From the NCBI GenBank assembly GCA_001643675.2, contig LSRY02000054.1, forward strand, positions 1-64,000: a DNA stretch of 64,000 nt. Direction: 5' to 3'. This document shows positions 12,201 to 23,706 of the stretch, piece by piece. The notes under the pieces are model-generated. The model saw nothing but the letters and a program-made list of their open reading frames with translations, was not told the origin of the DNA and ran no database searches. Position 1 is the stretch's first letter, and every line of letters starts with the position of its first letter. The position numbers and the translations under genes were made by a program. The stretch comes from Monocercomonoides exilis PA203. Its lineage: Eukaryota; Protista; Preaxostyla.

Positions 12201-15200
12201 AGAGACAAGGCAGCACTCAAAGAAAGAAATGAAGAAAAATCAAACGCAAAACACAAACAGCATCAATCTTTGTGCAGAAAGAACTCCAACCTTGTTGCCT
12301 GCTTCCTCCAAAATGCCTCTTTCTTCGCTGTTTCCGGTGGTTGATTATTCGCATTTCAGACCTTGTCCTTCAAATGCGAGGGATGCAGCAGAAAAGTGTG
12401 AGAAGGCATTTTGTGGGGTGAGTGCATTGTCCAATGCTGTTGGACAGAAATGTGTTTTCGAACAGAAGCCATTCACAACCAACAAAGCAACTGAACCATC
12501 ATCATCATCAACAACGTCTTCTTCTGTTTCCTCGTTCAAGATTCCGAAAGGAGACAAAGAGCTGGAATTTGGGCTGTTTCAGAGGCACATTGCACCTTCA
12601 GAAGGGAAAGAGCGCTCTTCAGACAGCACTTGCCTCGCAGCTGCCTATCAGAAGGAGAGAGAAGAGCGTTCTCAGAAAGCACGCTCGTCTGCTCTGTCAG
12701 AAGGAGGCTGGAAAGCAGACAGAAGAGAAAGAAGAGAAGAGGGGATGTGTTGGGCTGGAGTGAAGCAGCAGATGAAGAAGAGGGAGAAGGAGAAGAAGAT
12801 GAAGGAGAAGAAGGAGAAAAAGCAGGATGAAGACAAACATTCGATGGGATCAAAGAAGAATGGGAGTGATGGGAGTGATGAGAGTGAGGGATGCTTTGAG
12901 AGCTATATGGCACCTGTTTATGAAGAGGGTGAGCAGACATTTAGGCCGTGTGGATTTGTGGCGCCTGAGGAGATGCTGAGGCGAGGGAGAAGGCGGCAGA
13001 GCAGGATGGGCAAAAGGAATGTGGATGTGTTGGAGCAGATCACACTGCGGAGCGTTGAAGAGGGCAGAGGAGTGGAAGAGGGAAGAGAAGGGAGAGGAAG
13101 AAGGTGTCTGCCGGAGAATGTGTTTATGCATCTGATTCTTCTGGAGAACGAGGAGAAGGCGATGGAAGCAGCAGGATGCTGTGTGAGGATAGGGGCATCA
13201 GAGGCAGCAGCGCCATTGGAACGATCGAAGCAATTGCGATTGCAGGCAGCAGGAGAGACGGGGTGTGTGAGAAGAGAGAGTGAGTCAGTGCGAGTTGTGT
13301 CTGCGGAAGCGCTTGGGGCAGGCGCAGAAATAACTCCGTTTGAAGAGGCGTTTTTGGGGCGGTTTTATCCGAAATGGAAGGAGCAGCAGCAGCAAGCAGA
13401 GGAAAAGAGGATTTGGAGGAGAGAAAGGAGAATGAAGACGATAATGAAGAAGAAGCAGAAGAAGAAAATGGAAAAGGAGAAAGGGACAACATTGCACTTT
13501 GGGCAGCTTCAGTCGCTTCTGAATTTCGTCCTGCTTCGCAGAAAAGGAGCAATTGCGAAGCAGATTCGATGTTGTCTTCTTGTGATGTGCTTCCAAGCAA
13601 AGGTCAACTGGTTTCGAAGAACAGCAAAGAAAAGGGGTGTTCATCAGGAATGGGAAGTCTGTCTGTTTCATCCACTGCTTCGTCAGGCGAGTGGGAAGGC
13701 ACAGCAGAAAAAAGAGATTTGGCACACTTTGCACCACTTTCTGTGAGTTATCCACTCGAAAACTCAACCACTTCGTCTTCAACCACTTCACCTCGAATCA
13801 CTTCAGCATCATCATCATCATCATCATCTTTATCTTCTTCTCTTTCTTTGCCGTCTGATGGTATTCTTCAACACACTTCACAAGCAAGGCAGCCGAGCAA
13901 TTCGTCTTTTGTTCTGGATCTTCAGTCGATGGATGGAAGAGGAAGAGGGCAGAGCAAGCCATCGCAGGTGTACTTCTTCCCACACAGTTTGTTGTGAACT
14001 GGCGAGTGCTGTCTTTCCTTTCGGCTGTCGAGTCGAGTGCATCCAGCGCGTCGTTGCGTTCTTCGTCTCTGCTGCTGCCTCCGCGCCACCGACGCCCCAA
14101 ATTCTGTGCAGTTGTGCCGTCCACTTTGGAGGGCACGAGGGAGACGAATGTTGACACCTCGCCGTTCAGCGAGGGATGCTCGGTGTGTCTGGGGCTGCGG
14201 TCGGGGGAGTCGCTGCTGATTGCGAATCCGTCTGTTGTTCCGTCGCTGCGGTTTCGGATGCTTGGAGAGTGGGTGCGGGAAGAGAAAGAGCGGTTGCAGA
14301 GAGCAGGAGCCGGAGCAGGGAGCAGCTGTGGTTGCCTGCCATTTGGAGTAGATGGGGGAAGAAGAAGCTCTGCGAAGGAAGGCAGACAGGAGTTTGAGTG
14401 GGATCGGCAGCCGGAGCTTGTTCTGAGGGTGGATCGGTTTTTGAGGAGAACACACCCGAAGGCGGTAGAGGGGTGGGTGAGGGAGATGGAGGCACTGAAG
14501 ACAGAGGCGGTGCATCGGGAGGAGCAGAAGAGTCTTTCAATGAGAGAAGAGAAAGCGAGGAGAAAAGAGGAGGAGGAGAAGGAGGAGGAAGGGAAAGAAA
14601 GGGGAGAGAAGGGAAGGGGAAGGAGCTTTTCGATTGAAGGGGTTGGAAAGAGTGTGTATGATGATGAGGGAAAGAGGGAAGGAAGAGGAGGAAGAGGAGG
14701 AAGAGGAGGAGAAAAGGAAAGAGAAATGAAAGAGAAAGCAGAGGAAATGGGGCTGAGGACAAAGCGGGAGAAAATGGGGTTCTTCAAGAGATTGTTTTCG
14801 TTTGCGAGGCAGGCAGGGAAGGAAGAGGAGAGCAGGGAGGAGGGCTCAGGTGGAGTTGCAGTTCAAGACAAAACACTTGGAGAGAAGAAGCATTTTGAAT
14901 CAGCGCCTTTGCCATCCTCATCTTCACCTTCATCTTCATTGTGTTTGTTGGCACAGCATGCAAGCTCGCCACCAGCGAGGAGGCGGATTAGTGTTGATGC
15001 TGATCGGGTGAATGTGTCACCGACGAAAAGCAGAGTACTTCTGAGTCCGATTGCAGCGAGCATGGCGTGTGGGAGGCGTGTGGGGCATCAGGCAGTGCAG
15101 CCGAATTTGCGTTGTGGTGTTTTTGGTGAAGATGAGAACGATGGTTGCAGCTGTGCCAATCCACCAGGCTCATCGGGGTTGCCTTGCGTGGTGAATGCAG

Positions 15201-18200
15201 AATCGCCTGAGATGGATGATGTGGATGTGTGCTGTGTCTGTTCGGAGGACGTGCCAAATGCTGTGCCGATTGGAGTTTCTGAGCAGCTGAAAATGACGAC
15301 AGAGTTGAAGGAATCACATCTGGCAGTGACTTGTGCTGAGCAGGGAGGACCCAAGCTGCCCTCGTCTGTGCTGTTCCCGCCATCCAGCCACATCAAAGTG
15401 CATGATGCCATCGCTGATGCTCAAATGCGCTGTAATTCCCCTTGTTTGTGCCTGCCTTGCACTCCTCGTCGAACAGCGTTTGTCCGTTCAGAAAGGGAGG
15501 ATGCTGTGAATGAACTTGCAGCATCAACATCTTTTTGAAGAGGAAATCGCATGGCATTTTGTCTTGCAACGAGGATGAAGAAGATATGAGTGGGGGTTGG
15601 AAAGAGAAGAAGGGAACTGAAAATGAAGAAGGGAAGGAAGAAAATGGCAGCGATGAAGAGGAGCCATTCAGCGAGATGTTTGGAGATGGGGTTCAGATTG
15701 TGACGGGGTCGACATATTCAGAGGTGTTTGTGAAACACTCGAGAGGGCTGCCTTTTTGCAACGAAAGCCCAACAACAACCACAACAACAACAACAGTGAC
15801 TTCTCCATCTTCTCCTTTTTCTTCTTCCTCCTCCTCATCTCCTTCTTCAAAATCATTACCAGCTTCGGCAAGTGCAACAAGTGCTTCGCTGAACACCTTT
15901 TTCTCTCCATCTCCATCTCCTCCACCTTCGCCTTTGGCATCTCCTTTGGCATCTCCTTTGGCATCTCCACTTTCATCGCCCAAGCATTCTCACAGCGCCA
16001 CGCTGGCAGCACTGTCGCCGTCGCACTTTCTTCAGAACCCAGTGTCGCTGCTGCAGTTTGCAGAGCAGGAGTCGTCCTGCCCCCGAAGCGTGTTTGAGGA
16101 CAGGTCATTTGGGGTGCGATTTGTGAGCAAAGTGCTGAGTGGGATTGAGATGCTGCTAGGGACACGAATGAAGAGGTGTTTGAGGGGGAGTCTGCTGAGC
16201 ATCTGAACCCGTTTGGAGACGAAGACAGCGATGAAGAGGGGGAAGAGGGGAAAGGAGCAGGATTTGAATGTTCAGTTGCATTTGATGGCTCATCGTCAGA
16301 CGAAACGGACAACGCGGAGGAAGAGAAGAGGAATCTGAGAAGGAAGAAGAAAGGAGATAAGGAGAAGAGGGGAGAGGGGGAGTGTTTGGCAGCAGAGAAG
16401 GGGCACTACTACCGAGACTTCTATTTTGGGAGCCACTGGGACGATGCGCTGATGGAAGTGGTGCACACTGTTCAGGGGAGCAGAAGGTTGGGGGATGGCT
16501 GTCCAAGGATTGGGATGAGTGGAGACACGAAGGAGCGGGTGTTGTTTTTCAAGAACGGGATGCTGGAGCCGCTTTTGGGGGTGGCGCTGGCAGTTGTTGG
16601 AAGGTGGCGGCTGATGGGAGCGAGAGAGAAGGACTTGAAGGAGTTCAGAGAGATTGAGGAGCTGGAGGAGCTGGAAAAGAAGATTGCTGAGGCAAAGGCA
16701 AAAGGGAAAGTTTTGGAGAAGGAGGATGAAGAAGAAGAAGAAGAAGAGGAGGAGGAGGAAGAGGAAGAGGAAGAGGAGGAAGAAGAAGAAGAAGAAGAAG
16801 AAGAAGAAGAAGAAGAAGAAGAAAAGAGGATTGGATGCAAGGAAAGAAAAGGAGCAGGGGCAGAGGAGGAGGTGGAGGAGGAATGTTTGTTTGTTGAGTC
16901 AGCATCGCTTTCTGCTCTGCATGCGATTCATTCGCTGCTGAAGAGCGAGTATGTGCGGGAGCGTGTGGCTGAATGTGCTTTCTACGAGGGTTGTGGGGAG
17001 TCGCATTTGAATCCATTGAAGAGAAAGGAGGCGAAGGGGATGGGTGAGGATGGCAACTCAAGAGAAGCAGAATCAACAGAAGAGAGCAGGGGATTGGGAG
17101 GATTTCAGCGATCGCTGAATCTGTCGCTGTTCACCCTTCGGAGATACAAGAGAGTGGAGTGTGTTGGGGATGGGATGAAGAAGGTGGTGATGGGGATAGT
17201 GGATGTTGTGAGAGAGAGTCTTGCAGTGGGGAGCAGGGAGGCAGCGCTTGCAGGGCTGAAGATTCTGGGACTTGTTGTGCCGCTGCCGGCAGGGCCGCTG
17301 CTGGGAGTGTGTGGGATTGTGAGGCAGATGGGGCAGTGGCTGCTGGGCAGCGGAGACAGGAAGGTGAGGTGTGTGATCACAGCGCTTGTTGTGCTGCTGC
17401 TGAAGGAGTCGAGCTATGAGACGGAAGCAGAGGCAGGTGCTGAGGCAGAGGCAGGTGCTGAAGCAGAGGCATTTGGAGAGGAGGAGTGTGTGAGGAAGAA
17501 GAGGCGGAGTGTGAGGGCGCAGAAGATGGTGGGAGATTTTGTGCGGGATGTGGTTGCGAACCAGCTGCATCTGGTTTATTTTCGGCTTCTGTTTTCAAAG
17601 GACGGGGTGAGCCGTGCATGTGCGCTGAGTTTCTTTTGTGCGTTGAGTGCTGTTGAGGTTAGCGAAGATGGGCGGTTCATGAGAACGGTGGAGTTTCCGG
17701 AAGCGAGTGGGAGCAGGGTTGTTCGTTCGGATTCAGCTGTGCCAAGAGACGAGAGAGAGGGAGCTGGTGCAGTTCTTGTGCTGAACAAGCACCAGCTGCA
17801 TGCAAGAGGCAGAAGCAGGGTGGTTCGGGAGTGTGGGTGCGGAATTCCGTTTGCTGGGTTTTGCAGCTGGGGTGAAGAGGCAGGGGAGGGTGAAGCTGTT
17901 CTGGGGGAAGGGAACATAGCGAGTGAGAAAGGTCAAGGCAAAGACTGCTGCAAGATGGGCACCTGGACTGATGCTTGGGGCGGGCATGGGAAAAGGGGAA
18001 AAGTGAAAGGAAAGAATGGAACAATGAAAAGCGAGGGCAAAAGGAATGTGTTTGCAAGGCACAGGAACAAGACGCTGAGCTATGGAATGCGTGTGCTATT
18101 CTTTCTGCTTGAGGAGATGTTTGAGAGCTTGGTTGAGGAAGACAAAGCAGAATTGATCAGGAAAAAGAAAAGTGAGGAGCGTGAGGAGTGTGAGGAGTGT

Positions 18201-18404
18201 GAAGACTATGGGGAGCTGGTGGAGGCGTTTGAGATGCTGTTTTTCTCGTATATGGTGAGCCGAACAGATCTGGTGAAGAAAATGCTGCTGAGCACGCTGT
18301 GCCGGCTGCGACCGTTTGTAATTCTTGCAGTGGCGATGACTGAAAGGGGGCTTCAGATGGCAGGGGTGGAAGACAGCACGGCAATGGAGGAAGCACCAGA
18401 GTGA
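9217..18404 (+). CDS. Very large (~2900 aa) low-complexity protein of unknown function; 2 predicted introns and 4 apparent frameshifts
   Basis: Phase-0 GT-AG introns 9556-9658 and 10088-10335 join ORFs 9217, 9653 and 10300 in frame. ORFs 10300, 13374, 13994, 15535 and 16176 overlap and switch frame at short homopolymers. GC-rich coding composition runs continuously to TGA 18402-18404. Confidence 0.65.
16726..16822 (+). repeat. (GAA/GAG)n coding microsatellite encoding poly-Glu
   Basis: Directly visible; about 30 consecutive Glu codons in ORF 16176-18404. Confidence 0.9.
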
Positions 18405-19891
18405 GCATGATGGGATTGATGGGTGTGTGACTGTGTGTGAAGGAAAAGGATTCAAAGTTGTTCATACGAAAAAGGATTTCTGGTTTTGCTGATTTGTTTT
18501 ATGTTTGTTTATCTTTAAATATGTTTTCTCTTTTTCTTTATTTTGTTGAATCAACTCATTTGTTATTTTCATATCAACACAAAAAAGCAGATGCAAACTA
18601 TCTTTTTCTCATTGTCTCTCAGCAGAAGAGTGATTTCACATTGCAGATTAAAAGGAGCGAGAATTTATGGCTTTTGAATGTTTGAAAATGTTCTTCGATT
18701 TCGTTATTGCAATTGAAATAGGAAGAGTCGAAAAATCAGAGATACTCTTTGCACATCAAAAACCATTAAAATATGAAAGTGCTTTCGGATGTGAATTGGT
18801 TTTCTTTTTGTGACTCTCCATTTTTGAGGGAAGTTGTGGAAATGTTATTCAAAAGAGAACATTAAGAGAAAAGCATGCACGAATATTCAGTTAAGTCTGA
18901 ATATCATTTATCTCCCCTTTTTATCTCTTTGTTTCTTGAACAGTTGAACAAGAAATTGATTTTTTCAATTTGAAAAATTGGATGATTTAATCCAGTTATA
19001 ACAATAGTTTTTTCATTTATTTCAATTCTTTTGAAGTTCACAAAAATGGATGAATTGTTTTCTAATTGGAAAAGAGAACGAGCTATCTTTTAAAAACATA
19101 ACATTCCACTATTTCAAGCATCTGTGCAACCACTCTTTTCTACTATTCCATTCATCATAAAACAAAATAGAGAGAGTGGTGGTGATTTTGCGAATCTCTT
19201 GCTCATCACATAAACATTGGAAAAAGACGAAACATTTAATGATTCGAAGAAAAAAAATCAAAATGCTTTTCAATGCAAATCACCATGTGATTTGAGAAAT
19301 GGGCAATGATCCAACATGGAATTTCATCCATTGAAAAAGTTAATCCTTGTTTTTTGAAAAACATATCATGAAATATTCAAAATTATTTCTTTTGTAACAT
19401 GCATCCAAACTGTTTGTTCGTTGATATCAAATAATGAAACTCTTATTTTGTTGCAAAAGATATTATTTTTCAGTTTATAAACCATCATTTGAAATATATT
19501 AATCTTCAAGAGAACTTTCGTTTTTGAATTTGATAAATATTTGTTGTGAACATCATGAATCCACTCGCATTTTGTTCATAATTATTAAAACCATATTAAT
19601 TTATATGCGCATGTTGCTTATTTTGACAAATGTTTTTTTCAAATCAAAACGAAGCAATGATGAACAAAAGGGGCTTCAAATATATTTTTATGGGCGTTAA
19701 CTTATTTTTGTTAATTGAATCAGTTTATCTTCTTTAATGAGTGTTTCATTCGTGGTGGAAACTGTTAAATTATGATAAATGCACTTATCAAATGATCTTT
19801 GAAGAAAAGCAAACCATTAATTGCATTCTGTTTTCTTTGTATTAAGGATTTGTTGATCTGTTGTGATATTGATCAAGAAACATCAACACTC

Positions 19892-22276
19892 ATGCTTTTT
19901 GTTTTTCTGATTATATCATTGTCAATTTCACAAGAATTGGATGAAGGAAAACCATATACAGTTTATGTGAAGCAAAGTGGAAGTGAAACCCACACTGGAA
20001 CAGAGATCGGTCAGGAAAAGAAATCATTGAAAAGTGCATATTATCTGCTGGGGGATGATGAAGCATGCAAGATCTATGTTGTGAATGATGAAACTGCATT
20101 TACAGCAGAAGCAGTTCAATTCTACAAAAACCAAGGAATCAGCATTGAAGGAGTTAATAGCGATGGAAATGGAAACACAATTGTTTCAATAGATTGTGAT
20201 GTGCATCCAGAAAGATATCTATTTTCATGTGGTGGAGTTACAAAATTCAATTACTTGGCATTCATTTTTCCAACCACATTAAATAGAAACGGTGAAGATC
20301 CATTTATTTATGGAGGTTCTGGTGAACTTACAATAAAAAACTGTCAATTTATTCGGCCACCATTTGATGGATCAACAGTTAATTATTACCTAGTGCATAT
20401 GCATGGTGGAAATCTCAATATGGATTCAGTTGAGTGTGTTGATGATTATTCAACAGTTGCATTTTCTAGAAACCCTTTTTATCTGCTATTTGCAGGAACA
20501 GTTTCATTGACGAATGTGACTTTGAAGAAAATAAAAAGCAACATTCCAACTGTTTTTATATATGGAGAAACTGTAAACAAAATTGATGTAACGATGAGTA
20601 ACAGCACTTTCACTGAATGTCAATCAAGAAGTGAAGGAACAGTATACTTTGAAAGCAGAAACAGTGAAAGCTCATTTTCAGTTGGAGATGCGGGAGTTAC
20701 TTCTTTCTCATCTTGTACTGGCATTAAATCTGGAGGAATCTATTTGAATTTGTCAAATGCACGATCTGCATCTAAATTAATATGGCCAATAGATGGAAAG
20801 AATCTAGTATTTCAGAATTGCTCATCTGAATATAATGGAGTGAAGAGAAATACTGGATTATATTTTGAAATGAATAATGATTCATTGTTCAAAGATATCG
20901 CAGATGCAATGAAAGAAAGTTTTGCAGCTGATTACACACGAGATGATAATTTGTGGTTTGTTGTTGGTTATGACAATAAAACAAAAAAAGAATGTGATTT
21001 CATTAGCACATATTTTGATCCACCTCCCCCAAAACCAGACAATATGACAAGGGCATTTGTAAAGAATGGAGGGAGGGGAAATGGAATCGATGTTAATTCT
21101 GCAATCGATAGCATTTATGATGCATATGAATATTTGGAAAAGAGTGGGAAATGTTTCATTGATGTTGTCAAAACATCTGATCCAATCAAAGCAGAAGCCA
21201 TAAGTTTCAGCATTAACAGTGGAATAACAATTGAAGGAGTTCACAGCGATGGAGATGGAAACATAGAAGTTGCAATTAATTGTGATGTTTCTGTTTCATC
21301 TTTTCTCTTTTCTTGTCAGAGAATTGTGGAATTCAAGTATCTGGCATTCCAATTCTCTTCAACAGAAAAGAATTGGGACTCATTGATCAGTGCAGGATCA
21401 GGTTCAATATCACTGAAAATATCAACATGTCGATTTGTCAGAATAGGATCACAATCACAAGAAGGGATGATGGCAAACGATAATGGAAACAGCCCCTTGG
21501 AGAGCAGTCTTGTGAGCGTGGCATATGGAAGTGTGGAAATGGACACAGTGAAATGCACAGATGAAACCTCATTTGTGACATTCTCATCATCACCATTTTC
21601 ATTTTCTGGAGCCCGTGAAGTGTCATTGAGTGGAATGGACATCAGCAAAGTGAATGTGGAAAGTGGAGCAGCAATCAGCATCGATGATGGGAGCAATTCA
21701 TCTTCGAAGGTTTCAATCGAAGGATTGAATGTTCAGGAAGTGAAATCGGAGAAAGGAGCAGCAGCAGGGTTGGATATCACCCTCAGTTCAGAGGAATCAA
21801 GAGTGGCCATTGGAAGGTCAAGCAAATGCTCATTCAAGTCTTGTTCAGCACCAGAAGGGAAATCAGGAGCAATATTCATTGACATGCCCAAGGCAACATC
21901 GAATCTGCAACTCCCATCAGAACACAATCTGGAGATTGACAGCTCAAACACAGCTGGCTCAAAAACAACATCTCTGTTCATCATTGCCCCAGACTTCGAA
22001 GAGTTCTGCAAACAAGAAGATGCCTTTGCGTTTGCGAATGACTTCGATGATTCCACTGTTGGTTGGATTGTGGGAGCAAAAGATGCAGAATCAGAGCCCG
22101 AGGATGTATATGAGAAGTATGTGAAAGTGAGACAAGAGAAACTGAAAGATCAAAACAAAAAGAATAAAACAGGGATCATTGTTGCTATTGTTGTTCCGAT
22201 TGTTGTTGTTGTGGCATCTGTTGTGGTGATTGTGATTGTTGTTGTTGTTGTGAAGAAAAGAAGATCAAATAACTAA
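19892..22276 (+). CDS. Type I membrane surface protein with two tandem beta-helix-like modules (paralog 1)
   Basis: Signal peptide MLFVFLIISLSISQE starts at ATG 19892. Internal duplication YVKQSG..GISIEGVNSDGNGN..IDCDV..LFSC vs FVKNGG..GITIEGVHSDGDGN..INCDV..LFSC. C-terminal TM IIVAIVVPIVVVVASVVVIVIVVVVV is followed by KKRR. Confidence 0.8.
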   Translation: MLFVFLIISLSISQELDEGKPYTVYVKQSGSETHTGTEIGQEKKSLKSAYYLLGDDEACKIYVVNDETAFTAEAVQFYKNQGISIEGVNSDGNGNTIVSIDCDVHPERYLFSCGGVTKFNYLAFIFPTTLNRNGEDPFIYGGSGELTIKNCQFIRPPFDGSTVNYYLVHMHGGNLNMDSVECVDDYSTVAFSRNPFYLLFAGTVSLTNVTLKKIKSNIPTVFIYGETVNKIDVTMSNSTFTECQSRSEGTVYFESRNSESSFSVGDAGVTSFSSCTGIKSGGIYLNLSNARSASKLIWPIDGKNLVFQNCSSEYNGVKRNTGLYFEMNNDSLFKDIADAMKESFAADYTRDDNLWFVVGYDNKTKKECDFISTYFDPPPPKPDNMTRAFVKNGGRGNGIDVNSAIDSIYDAYEYLEKSGKCFIDVVKTSDPIKAEAISFSINSGITIEGVHSDGDGNIEVAINCDVSVSSFLFSCQRIVEFKYLAFQFSSTEKNWDSLISAGSGSISLKISTCRFVRIGSQSQEGMMANDNGNSPLESSLVSVAYGSVEMDTVKCTDETSFVTFSSSPFSFSGAREVSLSGMDISKVNVESGAAISIDDGSNSSSKVSIEGLNVQEVKSEKGAAAGLDITLSSEESRVAIGRSSKCSFKSCSAPEGKSGAIFIDMPKATSNLQLPSEHNLEIDSSNTAGSKTTSLFIIAPDFEEFCKQEDAFAFANDFDDSTVGWIVGAKDAESEPEDVYEKYVKVRQEKLKDQNKKNKTGIIVAIVVPIVVVVASVVVIVIVVVVVKKRRSNN

Positions 22277-22682
22277 TAGAAAATAAATAACAAGAAATGG
22301 ATGATTGGAAACGGTGATTTTTTGAAATATATTAGTATTTGTTTTTCCATGTGTATTCATTTGAATATAATTTTGAAACATTTTTGTTTCCTTTGCTGTT
22401 AGTCCATCCATTTTAGCTATTCAATGTTATTCTCACTTTATTCTATACATATCACACGGAAAATATTACGATGAATACAAAAAATCGTCAAATTCATCTT
22501 TTTGTTGATAAATGTTGATGCAATTCAATATTTGTTTTTTTAAAGGGTGCGAAGAATTTTCTGTCACTTTTGAGAAATCATGAAAATAACATTTCAAAAG
22601 AACTAATTATCTCGATAACAATAATTATTATTCATTTGTTATTGTTTTTCAATAACAGTGACTTCTCTTTGTATAATTTGAA

Positions 22683-22787
22683 TAATTAAAGTGCATTAGC
22701 ACCTTAATTATCAAGAAAGTGTTTCATCAATTCCTTCTCTTGTTTGTAAGAGAGACACCACAATCTATGGGTCAGTCGCCACATTTG
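22683..22787 (+). repeat. DIRS left inverted terminal repeat
   Basis: 22683-22746 is complementary to ICR 26975-27038; 22726-22787 is complementary to right ITR 27204-27260. Confidence 0.9.
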
Positions 22788-22791
22788 ATCA

Positions 22792-23706
22792 ATGATGTCT
22801 TCTTCACAATTCCCTCCGATTGTTGGACTTGCGCCGACGGCTGAGGCTGTAATGCAGAACAGTGGGGCGCAAAGCCAACCAGGGACCTTATCTCAATCGA
22901 ACATATTTTCTTCCGCTTCAATTTTTTCACCTTCGTCATCGGAAAGTTTTTCACAGGAGGTGACCCATTCGGATGACAGAAATGAGAACGAAGATGACTT
23001 AGAGATATCTCAACGTATTTGTCAGGAGTTTGAGGACATTTTTGGACAGGCGCCGAATTTTTCAATTTTTGATCTAAAGCTTACCACTAGATCCATTCAA
23101 GATGTAGTTGAGGAGTATTCAACACAGGATTTTAGCCAGTTATTATCACTTGAACCGCCCCCTGCCAAGAGAACAGAAAACTGGATTAACGACGCGTTAG
23201 ATCAAGCGGGTCACAAGGTAGAGATTTATTTTTTCCAGGCAATTATAGCTGCGCTCATAGGCTTAGCCGAGATACCGACTTCAAAGGAAGGTGCAAAACA
23301 AAGACTGGCTGACATCTTGATTATGATTACCAAGGCGCTTCAAGAGGCACGAACGGTTCGAATTCAAGGCGGGTTTGGTTTCAGAGCTGCCTCAGCGATG
23401 AGAACAGACGCTTCTTCAAAAATCTTCACAGAGAGACAGGAACTGGTTCTCAAAGAAACAAGGCAAGAAGCAAAGTTTGAGGGAGGTTTCCAAAGACCAG
23501 CATTTCCTCTGACACGAGTTCAGCCCACTGCAAGAGAACAACCAGATACGCTTCAAAGAAGATTAAGTTATCCCCTTCCTCGTGCTAACCCGCGGTTTTT
23601 TCGGAGATACCCCCGGTCCTCAGCCCTCTCAAGAAGACATCAATTCGGAAGAAGGCGGAGTCAGAGCAGTTGGAGCAGGAAGCCAAGGTGGCCTCAACAA
23701 CTTTAG
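22792..23706 (+). CDS. DIRS ORF1 (gag-like)
   Basis: 304-aa ORF starting just inside the left ITR and overlapping the start of the RT frame. The assignment is positional. Confidence 0.6.
   Translation: MMSSSQFPPIVGLAPTAEAVMQNSGAQSQPGTLSQSNIFSSASIFSPSSSESFSQEVTHSDDRNENEDDLEISQRICQEFEDIFGQAPNFSIFDLKLTTRSIQDVVEEYSTQDFSQLLSLEPPPAKRTENWINDALDQAGHKVEIYFFQAIIAALIGLAEIPTSKEGAKQRLADILIMITKALQEARTVRIQGGFGFRAASAMRTDASSKIFTERQELVLKETRQEAKFEGGFQRPAFPLTRVQPTAREQPDTLQRRLSYPLPRANPRFFRRYPRSSALSRRHQFGRRRSQSSWSRKPRWPQQL

Noticed and set aside
10320-18465. Many long antisense and alternative-frame ORFs
   Set aside because: Shadows of GA-rich low-complexity coding sequence on the plus strand.
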